Positions 18,813-28,627 of a DNA stretch of 60,112 nt are shown in pieces (position 1 is the stretch's first letter; the number at the start of each line of letters is the position of its first letter). The notes under the pieces were generated by a model, which worked only from the letters and a program-made list of their open reading frames with translations, ran no database searches and was not told where the DNA came from. This stretch comes from a candidate division WOR-3 bacterium (GTDB lineage Bacteria; Hydrothermota; Tepidihabitantia; Tepidihabitantales; Tepidihabitantaceae), in contig CBFGJV010000016.1 in the NCBI GenBank assembly GCA_965649205.1, positions 1-60,112 on the forward strand, given 5' to 3'. Both the position numbers and the translations under genes were made by a program.

Positions 18813-20228
18813 GTGAGAAGAGAAAAGTTTCTGCTGCTAGTTATCATCTGTCTGCTTTTCACTTCTGGTATAGCCCCGGCTGTTTTACGTGTGGGGGATG
18901 CAGCTCCTGATTTTACCCTGCCGGACACCGCCTGGGTGAACCATTCCCTCAGTGAACTGCGAGGCAAGGTTGTAGCCTTGGCCTTCTGGACCAATACTTG
19001 ACCGAGTTGCCTCGCGGAGTTGCCGCGACTTCAAGCTATATACGAAGACTACGGGGACAATGGTTTTATTTCTCTGGCTGTGAACCTGAACCAGAGCATG
19101 GACATCGTGAAGACCTATGCCAGACTGTATTCATACCATTTCTGGCGTGATAATGGTAGCGTCTGGCCGGTCTATCGTCAGAATGGATATGTTCCCCTAA
19201 ACTATGTAGTAGACGCCGGCGGAGTAATTCGTTACATCGCCGAGGGTTTTAACGAGTCGGCCATGCGGGAGGTGATAAAGCAGCACCTGCCCGACCCGAT
19301 TGACCGTGACGTAGGAACGAAAACAATCCTCGTACCTTCGGGCAGTCTGGATTCCGGTCAGACTGTGGTACCGGCTTGCTCAGTGTATAACTACGGGTTT
19401 TATACCGAGACCTATCCAGTGCGAATGCGTATAGGCGACTTCTACGACGAAGTGGTTACAGTCAGTGCCCATCAGCCTAATACATCCCGGTATGTCGAGT
19501 TTCCCAGCTGGGCAGCTTGGAGGCGGGGGCAGGCAGCAGTTACTTGTTCAACTGAGCTGGACGGCGATGATATCAAAAGCAACAATGCCGCCAGGGCCAC
19601 TGTTATCGTGTATGTTTATGATCTAGCAGTCCTGGAACTACTGGCACCAATAGACAGCGTAGATTCGGGCGCGGTAGTCGTGCCCAGTGCCAGGGTGGCA
19701 AATCTGGGCAACTGGGCCGATTTGGCCAAGGTGAGATTCACGATAGGTACGTTCTATGCAGAAAGCGTGAACGTGGCTTTGCAGCCCGGAAATATCAAGG
19801 CGGCTAATCTCCCTGCCTGGACAGCTACGCAGGTCGGGGAGTTTCCGGTGTCCTGCTCGGTAAGCGGCAGAAAGGACATGATTCTCTCCAACAACCTGCT
19901 TACGAGGACTGTGCGGGTATTGAGAAAAACGGGCGTTAAGGAAGGCAGAGAGGTTTGCCCACTGGGGATGATCACAGCTCACCCAAGTCCTTTCCGGGAC
20001 GCGGTCAGTTTTTCGCTGCCTGTTTCCGGCCCGGCCGAACTAAGAATAATGGATGCGACAGGACGACTTATTCGTGTTCTGCAGGTGCAGAAAAAGGAGA
20101 ATGAAACAGGTTGTGTCGTGTGGGACGGCCGGGACGATCAAGCTGGTGTCGTCCGGCCAGGCGTGTACTATGCGTATCTGGTTCACCCGGAAGGAAGCGT
20201 GTTCTACAAGCTGGTAAAGACCAGATAA
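18813..20228 (+). CDS. Putative selenoprotein: signal peptide + TlpA/AhpC-TSA redoxin domain (U-P-S-C) + two Ig/CARDB-like repeats + T9SS/FlgD-like CTD, 471 aa with Sec at codon 63
   Basis: The 62-aa and 402-aa ORFs are in frame, separated only by TGA (18999-19001) and six sense codons. Read-through gives APDFTL...GKVVALAFWTNT-U-PSCLAELPRLQ...VPLNYVVDAGGVIR, a complete redoxin with TGA at the first Cys of CxxC. Confidence 0.85.
19012..19028 (+). promoter_or_regulatory. Candidate bacterial SECIS hairpin
   Basis: TCGCGG-AGTTG-CCGCGA; loop starts 17 nt after the TGA and has G at loop position 2. Confidence 0.65.
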
Positions 20229-20263
20229 GAGGAATTTCCCTCGGCGAGGGTCGTTACTTGTTT

Positions 20264-23113
20264 CTAGCGCAGAACGCAGAATTTCGCTGATGCGGTCCCG
20301 TGGGTAGTGCGGAGTACAGCTAGATAGAGTCCAGAGGCAACCGGCCGTCCCGCAGCATTGCGGCCGTCCCAGTAAGCACCTACCTGTTCTAACAGCTCAA
20401 GGTTCTGGTAACGGCCCGGGCGGGAAATAGGTGCGGTGAGAAGCGGAATGGTATCAACCAGTGTGCCAGAGATGGAATAGATGGAAATCTGGGCGTCTGG
20501 TGTGGGCCGGGCGAGATACAGGGCAAAATAGATGCGGTTGCTCAGGCCGGAGGCAGTTGGAGTGTTGTTTCCGCCTGCGGTAAAAGGATTCGGGAATGGC
20601 AGGATTTCATCGCGGGGAATACCCTTGACCCCTGGTTCGGGCGGAAAGTGCTTGAAGACCCAGTCGATGCGGGGTACACCATAGCCAAAAGTGCAGCTGG
20701 GAACGGTTCTGCCAGCCGAGGCGAAAAGCACCGCTTTGAGTGACTCTGCATTCCAGTTGGGGTGAGCTTCTTTTATAAGCGCGCAGGCTCCGGCTACAAG
20801 AGCCGTGGCGCAGGAAGTGCCGACAGAGCCTTCCAGCCCATACAAGGAATCTGGGGCGACGACTGCCACCGTATCAGACAGGGCTACCAGTTCTGGTTTT
20901 GTACGGCCATCAGAGGTGGGGCCGGTTCCGGTACCACGCCAGGGGAGAAGGTTTCTCTGTACGCCGCCGACAGCAATAACGCCGTAGGCATCAGCAGGTG
21001 CCGTCAGGTAGGGAAGGGGCCAGGGGTAGTTTGTGGTGTCCCGATTGCCCATGGCTGTGACCACTATCATACCTTTTTGCGCCGCTATACCCGCAGCAAG
21101 GGAAATCGGAGCGGTCTTGCCGTCGAACTGGTTGTCAGCATACCAGCCGCGATAGCCCAGGGAAGTAGAGACTATGTCAGCGCGGCGTGAGGCTGCCCAT
21201 TCCAGGGCGGCGATGTAGGTGTCTTCTTCCATATTGTATTCATAGTAACGTCCGCCAGCGGTCTTGTGGAATTCGGTCTTGGCTACCAGCAGGTCAACGC
21301 CAGGGGCAACGCCGACAAGAGAATAGGGCTGGAAGCCACATATTATGGAAGCCATTCTGGTGCCGTGGTCCGGCTGGTCTGGGGAGAAACGGTAGGAGTC
21401 AACTTCTTCCCAGACTGCGTTTGTGTCTCCTCGCTTCACCCAGGCAGCTAGCAACGGAGGAGCAGTGGCCAGAACTGGTTGACAGGAGAAACCGGTGCTA
21501 TCCAGTATTTGCGGCAGAGACCAGTTTGATCCTGCATCGGTTGAAGAAACCATGTAAAGCAGACCGGCAGATTCGTACAATACCGTCAGCTCGGTTTGAT
21601 GCGAGGCAACGGAAAAACGACCCAGGGTGAGCAGGCTGTCAGCAGCTGGGGTGCGCGGCGTCCAAGTCTCGCCGCGATCAGTGGAAGCAAGCACGAAAAT
21701 CCGGGAAAGAGGAGGATTGATCATATTGCGCAGGAAAAGTAACAGCTCTCCCTGATGGAATGTTACACAGAGGGCTGAGGCCTGGTCGGCTATAACGCGG
21801 GGGGGGGTAAAGGTGGCTCCGCCGTCGGTGGAGCGCGATAGGGAAACCTGGCCGGTATGCTGATCCAGAGCGAATACGTTCACCACGCCGGTACTGTCGG
21901 CCGTGAGTTTCAGGTCTTCGCAGGTTGCAGTTGTACGTAGCGACCGGCTGACAGTCCAACGAGGTGGAAGCGTAGTTAGGGTGGCTTTGCGAAAGAGAAG
22001 GGAGGAATCGGATTCTACGCAACAGAAAAACATCGTATCGGCGACAATTACCAAGTCCGGCCAGCGTCCACTACCTACTCGACTTGCGCCCTGCCAGGTG
22101 CCGTTGACGAAGTAACCTATATAGGCACTGGCTTCAGGACGAGCCCGATAGCGGGAAAGCAGTTCGTTGTAAGCAAGATAGGTGACCGAGTCTTTCTGTA
22201 TCATCCTGAGGTTCTCAAAAGTGTGAGAAGAAATCTGGGAAGCAGGCTGGGAAAGGACGAGAGGAACAGCGGAGGACCAGGTTCGGCCAGCATCATTAGA
22301 GCGGCTGACAAAAATTGCTCTTCTGGGTGCATTGTAGCTGTAGGAGAAACTGTCGGCTACGAAAGTCAGTAGGGCAGTCCCTGCCGGGCTCGTCGTCGTT
22401 ATCAGGCAGGGATCTTTTACCAAACCCATAAAGCGCAGACGGTCGGCAGGCTGGGGCTGAAAAGTTGGGGATGAAGCTGTGTAGAAATTGTCCTGGGACA
22501 GAAAGTCATACTGGTCAGCAATACGAAGTCCAAGTATGCCGGTGTTCTTGAGCTTCAGTCCGGTATCGAATATAGCCAGCCTTACTCCGGAACCGTAGTA
22601 GCCCTGAAAGAAGAGTTCTGGTATACCCATCATGGCAGCCTGGTCATAGGCGGCTCCGTAGAAGCGTCTGGTCATGGCAGTGTCCAAAGCCTGAGATTTG
22701 ACCCGATGACGAGCAGAAACTGGCACCGGGGCGGGGGTTTCGCTGTAGGTGCGTTCGGCTACGGGAAGCATATTGTGCACAAAAGGCAGTTCGGCAATCT
22801 CAGGCAGACACGCTTCGGGAATATCAAAACTGGCCGCATTTAGCCATTGGGAGACGAACCGTAACCGACCTCCCAGTCTCTCCACAGCTTCCAGGTAAGG
22901 TACATGCACAGGCAGGTCGTAGAAGTCACATGAGAGGGAGCCGGTTACGAGCGCAACTCGCCTGAGTGCGGTCTGATACTGAGTTTGGGTTGTGAAGCCT
23001 TTATCGGTAAAGAATACCCATACCGGCCGGCCCTTGGTCTGGGGTAGCGTTTTAAGTACCGGGGGCCTGTAGAGCTCTGGGCCGGCCAGCAACATCAGGT
23101 AAACGAGAAACAT
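20264..23113 (-). CDS. Secreted S8 (subtilase) serine peptidase with BNR-repeat insertion and FlgD/T9SS-like CTD
   Basis: IFDTG, DHGT, AMGN, KPELVA, GTSCA triad motifs; four SxDxGxxW/F repeats; PNPF...WDGRNAAGRPVASGLY. Confidence 0.85.
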   Translation of the reverse strand: MFLVYLMLLAGPELYRPPVLKTLPQTKGRPVWVFFTDKGFTTQTQYQTALRRVALVTGSLSCDFYDLPVHVPYLEAVERLGGRLRFVSQWLNAASFDIPEACLPEIAELPFVHNMLPVAERTYSETPAPVPVSARHRVKSQALDTAMTRRFYGAAYDQAAMMGIPELFFQGYYGSGVRLAIFDTGLKLKNTGILGLRIADQYDFLSQDNFYTASSPTFQPQPADRLRFMGLVKDPCLITTTSPAGTALLTFVADSFSYSYNAPRRAIFVSRSNDAGRTWSSAVPLVLSQPASQISSHTFENLRMIQKDSVTYLAYNELLSRYRARPEASAYIGYFVNGTWQGASRVGSGRWPDLVIVADTMFFCCVESDSSLLFRKATLTTLPPRWTVSRSLRTTATCEDLKLTADSTGVVNVFALDQHTGQVSLSRSTDGGATFTPPRVIADQASALCVTFHQGELLLFLRNMINPPLSRIFVLASTDRGETWTPRTPAADSLLTLGRFSVASHQTELTVLYESAGLLYMVSSTDAGSNWSLPQILDSTGFSCQPVLATAPPLLAAWVKRGDTNAVWEEVDSYRFSPDQPDHGTRMASIICGFQPYSLVGVAPGVDLLVAKTEFHKTAGGRYYEYNMEEDTYIAALEWAASRRADIVSTSLGYRGWYADNQFDGKTAPISLAAGIAAQKGMIVVTAMGNRDTTNYPWPLPYLTAPADAYGVIAVGGVQRNLLPWRGTGTGPTSDGRTKPELVALSDTVAVVAPDSLYGLEGSVGTSCATALVAGACALIKEAHPNWNAESLKAVLFASAGRTVPSCTFGYGVPRIDWVFKHFPPEPGVKGIPRDEILPFPNPFTAGGNNTPTASGLSNRIYFALYLARPTPDAQISIYSISGTLVDTIPLLTAPISRPGRYQNLELLEQVGAYWDGRNAAGRPVASGLYLAVLRTTHGTASAKFCVLR

Positions 23114-23116
23114 CTG

Positions 23117-23422
23117 TCAGTCTCCGAGAGCGGCCAGAATGCCGGTCAGGCTGAGGAAGATGATTACGATGACGAACAGGAAACAGATAGCCAAATTGAT
23201 GACGCCGAGAATCAGACAGATACGGCCTATTCTTTTAGTGCGCGGCGTTAGTCCGCCGGACATGAAGAGTATGCCATATGCCAGGCCGAAAAAAGGGTAG
23301 ATCGCAGAAAACAGATATACAGCAAAAAGTTGCAGCAGATAGAGCATGTCTATCAGAGTGAGCCAGCGCTCATGCTGTTTGGCCGTGGTTTCTGCAGAGG
23401 GTGGGTACTGGGCTTGATTCAT
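23117..23422 (-). CDS. Small membrane protein, unknown function
   Basis: Two to three hydrophobic segments; GGAGG RBS; ends 3 nt before the S8 start. Confidence 0.7.
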   Translation of the reverse strand: MNQAQYPPSAETTAKQHERWLTLIDMLYLLQLFAVYLFSAIYPFFGLAYGILFMSGGLTPRTKRIGRICLILGVINLAICFLFVIVIIFLSLTGILAALGD

Positions 23423-23525
23423 GATTCCTCCAGAGGATTCGGTATGAAATTAGTTTCTGGCAGGAGCGGGTTAGCTTTCTTCTGTCTGCTATTGCTGCTG
23501 CCAGGGGGGCTGCAGTCGATTTTAA

Positions 23526-23599
23526 TACCCTGCGCAGGAATCGAACCTGCAACCTACGGATTAAGAATCCGCCGCTCTGCCTAGTTGAGCTAGCAGGGT
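23526..23599 (-). tRNA. tRNA-Lys(CTT)
   Basis: ACCCTGC/GCAGGGT acceptor stem, GCGGA-TTCTTAA-TCCGT anticodon arm, GGTTCGATTCC T arm. Confidence 0.92.
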
Positions 23600-23621
23600 A
23601 CAATTTCATAAAGTTCTGTAC

Positions 23622-23695
23622 CGCGCCCGGCGCGACTCGAACGCGCAGCCTACGGGTTCGAAGCCCGGCGCTCTGTCCAGTTGAGCTACGGGCGC
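23622..23695 (-). tRNA. tRNA-Arg(TCG)
   Basis: GCGCCCG/CGGGCGC acceptor stem, CGGG-CTTCGAA-CCCG anticodon arm, GTTCGA T-loop. Confidence 0.92.
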
Positions 23696-23805
23696 ATCCA
23701 GCCGGGCACAAATCGCCGCAGTTTAGCCAACTGCTTAGGAAAAGCAACCCCGGCCAAGTTGCCTCCGGCAGCAACGCACTCAAGCCGCACAGAGCTTGCG
23801 AACAG

Positions 23806-23881
23806 GGTGAGTGAGGGGAGTTGAACCCCCAACATCCTGAGCCACAGTCAGGTGCTCTGACCAGGTTGAGCTACACTCACC
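23806..23881 (-). tRNA. tRNA-His(GTG) with encoded G-1
   Basis: G-GTGAGTG/CACTCAC-C acceptor stem, CCTGA-CTGTGGC-TCAGG anticodon arm. Confidence 0.95.
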
Positions 23882-23959
23882 ATTCTGCGAGGTGTAGTAT
23901 AGCCGGAGCGAGCCGGTTGTAAAGTCAACGATGCAAGCGGACCATACCTGTTATGCCGT

Positions 23960-25726
23960 TCACTTCTGCGGCAACATCGGTATATGCATGTTGTTCGCCT
24001 TGGCGATAGCAATCGCTTCCTCGTAACCGGCATCAGCGTGTCGCATTATGCCAGTCCCGGGGTCGTTGGTAAGCACACGCTCTATTCTGCCGTCCATTTC
24101 CCTGGAGCCGTCGCATACCACCACCTGGCCCGCGTGAACCGAGTAACCGATGCCCACGCCACCGCCAGAATGAATGGAAACCCAGGAGGCCCCAGAAGCT
24201 ACGTTCAGCATGGCATTCAACAGAGGCCAGTCAGCTATCGCATCTGAGCCGTCTTTCATTGCCTCGGTTTCCCGGTAAGGAGAAGCAACCGACCCAGTGT
24301 CAAGGTGGTCGCGCCCGATGACAATAGGGGCTTTCAGTCTGCCTTTTCTTACTGCCTGGTTGAAGGCAAGGCCGGCTTTGTGACGTTCTCCGTAACCCAG
24401 CCAGCAAATGCGGGCAGGCAGACCCTGGTAGGGAATCATTGTTTCGGCCTTGGTTATCCAGTTGGCAAGAGAGGGGTCTTCGGGGAAGAGTTCTATAATC
24501 ATCCGGTCTGTTTCCAGAATATCCTTAGGGTCGCCGGAGAGGGCTACCCAGCGGAATGGTCCTTTACCCACACAGAAAAGGGGTCGGATGTAGGCAGGAA
24601 CAAACCCGGGATATTTCCAGGGGCTGGTCCAGGACAAAGCAGCGGATGCTGAATTAGCATGGTGGGCATCCGTAGGCCGTTCTGGTACGTTTCGTATTTC
24701 CTCTTCTCGTAGGAATCCTCCTTCCAGAGCTTTTCCGCGCAGGTTGTTGCCATAGTCGAAGACACTGGCACCTTTGGCCTGCAGTGCGAGCATCAGGCGC
24801 ACATGCTCGGCCATAGTCTGGTAGGACCGCTTCCGATACTCTTCCGGATGTTTCGCGCGCAGCTCCAAAGCCTGCGAGAAACTCATTCCGGTTGGCACAT
24901 AGCCGTTCAGTTCGTCGTGCGCTGAGGTTTGGTCGGTCAATATGTCGGGTACTATGCCCCGTTCGTCAAGCCGGCGCAAAAGATTGACAATGTTTCCGCA
25001 CCAGACAATGCTCAGGGCTTGTTTTTCGTCTCTTGCCTCTAGGGCCCGATCGATCGCCTGGTCCAGGTCTGCAATGCTAAGGTCAAGGTAGCGAGGCTTA
25101 CGGGACTGCAGTCTTCTCTCGATTCGCGCCGGGTCTACTTCCGCCCCGAGATAAGCAGCTCCGGCCATAGTGGCGGCCAAAGGTTGAGCACTGCTCATTC
25201 CTCCCAAGCCACCGGAGACTACCAGTCTGCCGGTAAGGTCTGGAGTGCCAAAGGATTTGCGGCCTGCTGCGACGAATGTTTCATAAGTGCCCTGTAGAAT
25301 ACCCTGACTGCCGATGTAAATCCAGGAACCTGCTGTCATCTGTCCGTACATCATCAAGCCGGCCTGCTCCAATTCGTCAAAGTACGGTTTGGTAGCCCAA
25401 TGCGGAACGAGATTGGTGTTGGCTATTAGAACCCGGGGAGAGTGGGGCCAGGTACGAAATACCCCGACTGGTTTGCCTGACTGAATGAGCAGAGTCTCAT
25501 CATTTTCCAATGTCTTGAGGGTGTTGACTATTGCATAATAGCACTCCCAGTTACGGGCAGCTCGGCCAGTGCCGCCGTAAACCACCAGTTCGGCCGGGTT
25601 TTCTGCTACTGCTTCGTCCAAGTTGTTCTGAAGCATCCTGAGGGCTGCCTCCTGGTGCCATCCGCGACATACCAACCTTGTGCCGGTAGGAGCCTTTATC
25701 GGCTGGTAGGAATGTTTTTCTTTCAT
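23960..25726 (-). CDS. hutU: Urocanate hydratase
   Basis: [58 protein letters not shown]. Confidence 0.97.
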   Translation of the reverse strand: MKEKHSYQPIKAPTGTRLVCRGWHQEAALRMLQNNLDEAVAENPAELVVYGGTGRAARNWECYYAIVNTLKTLENDETLLIQSGKPVGVFRTWPHSPRVLIANTNLVPHWATKPYFDELEQAGLMMYGQMTAGSWIYIGSQGILQGTYETFVAAGRKSFGTPDLTGRLVVSGGLGGMSSAQPLAATMAGAAYLGAEVDPARIERRLQSRKPRYLDLSIADLDQAIDRALEARDEKQALSIVWCGNIVNLLRRLDERGIVPDILTDQTSAHDELNGYVPTGMSFSQALELRAKHPEEYRKRSYQTMAEHVRLMLALQAKGASVFDYGNNLRGKALEGGFLREEEIRNVPERPTDAHHANSASAALSWTSPWKYPGFVPAYIRPLFCVGKGPFRWVALSGDPKDILETDRMIIELFPEDPSLANWITKAETMIPYQGLPARICWLGYGERHKAGLAFNQAVRKGRLKAPIVIGRDHLDTGSVASPYRETEAMKDGSDAIADWPLLNAMLNVASGASWVSIHSGGGVGIGYSVHAGQVVVCDGSREMDGRIERVLTNDPGTGIMRHADAGYEEAIAIAKANNMHIPMLPQK

Positions 25727-26826
25727 TGCTCCTCCTGAGAAAGAATTATTCCCTTGCCTTCGGGTTTACAGACAAGAATTTTGGCGCCCGATACGCTTTC
25801 CAGCATCCGCTGCCAGACTGTTGACAATTTTTCTCGGGCATCGGGTTCACATAGTGCCCAGACCGAGCCCCCTCCGCCTGCTCCGGTAAAACGACCGGCG
25901 CCGCCGACTTTTTCGGCTGCACATATGAGCTGGCTGGCAAGCGGGGAGAAAACTTCCGGCATCACTCTGCGTCTAAGAGCTGTTTCTGCGGCCATGGTTC
26001 TGCAGGCTTCCCGCCAGTCGCGCTTGACAAGACAGACAGAAAAAAGGCGCGTGAGTTCGTTCAACTCCAGCCATTCTTTGCGTCGTTTGCCCTGCATGAA
26101 GTTTTCTACGCAGGAACGGTTGAGCAGACCAGCACTATGATCCAGTCCACAATAAGCTACCAGCAGGCGGCGCTCGAGCTCCGGCAGATGGGCCCGAGGT
26201 ATGAGCAATAAACGTCTGAAGTCAGCCGGCAGGGGAAAGGGTTTCCATTCCCATAGGTTGGCGCCGCCATATGCAGCCGCGGCCTGGTCCTGAATACCAT
26301 TATGGCCGGGTGTGAAGCATCCTTCCAGCAGATGGGCAAGTCGAACTATGTCTTTCCTTTTTATCTTTTTCCCGGCAGCAGCGGAGAAAGCCGCAACCGC
26401 CGCCACTCCGAGCGCGCCCGAACCACCCAGTCCGCTCATGGGCGGGAGGCTTGAACTTATGTCAATCCTTATACCAGAGGCACCGAAGTACTGCGCTGTC
26501 CCGAAGATCAACGCCAGCCTGGTATTGAATCGAAGATTGTCTGCCCGCTGCTCTTCGGCACAACCTAAATCATGCGATACAACCAGAATACGCCCGGGTT
26601 GATAAGGCCTTATTCTGAGAGTTACCCGCAGACTCAGGGCTATATTTACCGTGCAGGGCTGGATATGGTGAAAAGGAAGGCACAAGGCAGGTATGTCCCA
26701 GTGTCCGCCCAAGTCTACCCGGCAGGGTGCAGAAGCAGAAATAGTCCTGCCACTCAGAGGCGGTGTCTTGAGAGGAAAACGTTTCCTCAAGGTAGCAGTT
26801 CGGCGAGAAGGGATTGTTTTTATCAT
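25723..26826 (-). CDS. GHMP-family sugar kinase (HddA/galactokinase-like)
   Basis: [38 protein letters not shown]. Confidence 0.85.
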   Translation of the reverse strand: MIKTIPSRRTATLRKRFPLKTPPLSGRTISASAPCRVDLGGHWDIPALCLPFHHIQPCTVNIALSLRVTLRIRPYQPGRILVVSHDLGCAEEQRADNLRFNTRLALIFGTAQYFGASGIRIDISSSLPPMSGLGGSGALGVAAVAAFSAAAGKKIKRKDIVRLAHLLEGCFTPGHNGIQDQAAAAYGGANLWEWKPFPLPADFRRLLLIPRAHLPELERRLLVAYCGLDHSAGLLNRSCVENFMQGKRRKEWLELNELTRLFSVCLVKRDWREACRTMAAETALRRRVMPEVFSPLASQLICAAEKVGGAGRFTGAGGGGSVWALCEPDAREKLSTVWQRMLESVSGAKILVCKPEGKGIILSQEEQ

Positions 26827-26922
26827 GATGCGTACTCTCTCACTATATCTCTGCCTGCTCGCCAGGTAGCAGAATCCGGCCTACTTCGGACGCGAGGATG
26901 CTACGCGTGGCGCAGACAGACG

Positions 26923-26950
26923 ATTATGTCCTGATATGCTGTTGTGTCAA
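26923..26950 (-). promoter_or_regulatory. sigma70-like promoter, one of a divergent pair
   Basis: Minus strand TTGACA-N16-CATAAT; opposite TTGACA at 26968 on the + strand. Confidence 0.5.
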
Positions 26951-27010
26951 TCCCGCGGTTACGTAGGTTGACAAAGAGACGTCATCGGATATGTTGGTAT
27001 AAGGTCGGTA

Positions 27011-27790
27011 ATGTCGTCGGAAAGTACTCAATCTCCAAGTGGAGAAAAACCACCGTTTCCCTCTCCCTTGGTATTCCGACCTGATCCGCGAAAAATCGCC
27101 CGCCTGGCGTTTATCCGACGAAGTCTAATGTGGGTCGCTCTGGTAGTCCTGGGAGCTGCTATATTCATCCTTATCCGTTATCGGCCGAGGCCGATAGAGA
27201 GCGAACGGCGGGCGACTGAGGTTCTGTTGTCTGATTACGACGGTTTCGCAGCCGGAGAGTCCGCTGACAATAAGGTGGAGGTGAGAGTTGATTCCGTTGC
27301 GTGGTACGTTCAGAAAGTGCGCTCGGACCTGCGTCTTGCGGTCAATCTATGGCAGAGTGTGGTTGAGGTAAAGCCGGTCATACCAATGACCGCGGAGAAT
27401 GCAAAGGAATGTCTGAGTTTGGTGGAGGCCGCTTCTGCGACTTCTGACAGTGCCAGTCAGGCTCTGGCCAGGGCGCGACAGACAAACGACAAGCTGGCGG
27501 TTCTCTCCCGTTCGCTTTCGGCGCGGGAAGCGTACCGGCTCAGCGTTCTACGTGCCCGGCTGGCTGAATACATGGCTTTGTTGGACAAGGACGAGAAAGA
27601 ACACGGCGCCAGGTTTGCGGCTTTGTCTGCTTCGTGTCGGGCGACACTGGCCGGAGATCAGGCGGAGGCGGAGGTGAAGGCGAATGTGGCCACCGGCTAT
27701 CAGCGTAAACTGGAAAGCAGACAGAGGACTATCAAACGGCAGGCTGCCGACCTGGAAGAGATTATTCGTAGATATCTGGCAGAAAGATAG
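27011..27790 (+). CDS. Membrane-anchored helical protein, unknown function
   Basis: Single N-terminal TM segment followed by Ala-rich coiled-coil-like sequence. Confidence 0.7.
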   Translation: MSSESTQSPSGEKPPFPSPLVFRPDPRKIARLAFIRRSLMWVALVVLGAAIFILIRYRPRPIESERRATEVLLSDYDGFAAGESADNKVEVRVDSVAWYVQKVRSDLRLAVNLWQSVVEVKPVIPMTAENAKECLSLVEAASATSDSASQALARARQTNDKLAVLSRSLSAREAYRLSVLRARLAEYMALLDKDEKEHGARFAALSASCRATLAGDQAEAEVKANVATGYQRKLESRQRTIKRQAADLEEIIRRYLAER

Positions 27791-27796
27791 AGCAAA

Positions 27797-28495
27797 ATGA
27801 AAACAGCGACGTATGTATTCCTTTCCTTCGGTCTGCTTCTGGCGTTGAGTTGTGTCCCGGCAAGCGACGTGGTGGGGTCCTTGTGCATAGCTCCAGGTGT
27901 ACCCGGTGATGTGCGACAGTGTCTTGCCCAGCTGTTTGAAGCCGATGGCGACACCGCGGTCTATGTGCAGCGGCCACTGGCCGGGACGAAGCGCGACCGC
28001 GTCAGGTTTAGGTTTCGTAATGTCAGGCCGGACGAATATCATCTGGTAGCCTGGCAGGATATGAACGTAGATGGCATTATAAACGACGGAGACCTGGTTG
28101 GAGTTTACCAAGGGGAATATCAACCACGACACCGAGGCGGCAGATTCAAGGTGGAGAAGGGATTGACCTCTGATGTGGGAGAAATCTGGCTGACGCAGCT
28201 GCGCGAGCCGGTGAAAAGCGTGACCGGGCTGAGGGACAGCAGCAGAACGAAAACCCACTTCAGTTTTGTATTTTACCATGACCTGACGCTTGGTTCTCTG
28301 ACCATCACTTTTCCGGGTTATGGTTCTTACATTGACCCGCTTGCCTGCGGTCCTAAACAGGCAGGACAGACTTACTACTCGCGAGACTGGGAATTCGGCG
28401 GCGCAGAAATGCCAACTGGCGAACACCGGCTGGTGTTTGCCGGAATCATGGATGGCAGATTCTTTGAAGTTGAGTTTGTCGTGCCTATTGAGTGA
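27797..28495 (+). CDS. Putative lipoprotein, unknown function
   Basis: Lipobox LALS-C; DxNxDGxxxxGD Ca-binding-like loop. Confidence 0.7.
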   Translation: MKTATYVFLSFGLLLALSCVPASDVVGSLCIAPGVPGDVRQCLAQLFEADGDTAVYVQRPLAGTKRDRVRFRFRNVRPDEYHLVAWQDMNVDGIINDGDLVGVYQGEYQPRHRGGRFKVEKGLTSDVGEIWLTQLREPVKSVTGLRDSSRTKTHFSFVFYHDLTLGSLTITFPGYGSYIDPLACGPKQAGQTYYSRDWEFGGAEMPTGEHRLVFAGIMDGRFFEVEFVVPIE

Positions 28496-28627
28496 ATTTC
28501 TCCGCAGGGCGAAATTTGCGGCAGGGATGCTCAGAGCCGGGCCGGCATGGTGGCCGCGTTCCCGTTTCTGAAAAGATGAGTCTGCGTTGACAGACACAGC
28601 AGCGCGGATAAGCTGAATGTAGTCTGC

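Noticed and set aside
18999..19001. Genome-wide UGA reassignment (code 4/25)
   Set aside because: Many conserved genes here (prpE, tolB, folD, dut, hutU) end properly at TGA, and Trp or Gly would destroy the CxxC.
23330..24033. Short ORFs across the tRNA cluster
   Set aside because: They overlap three clear tRNA genes.
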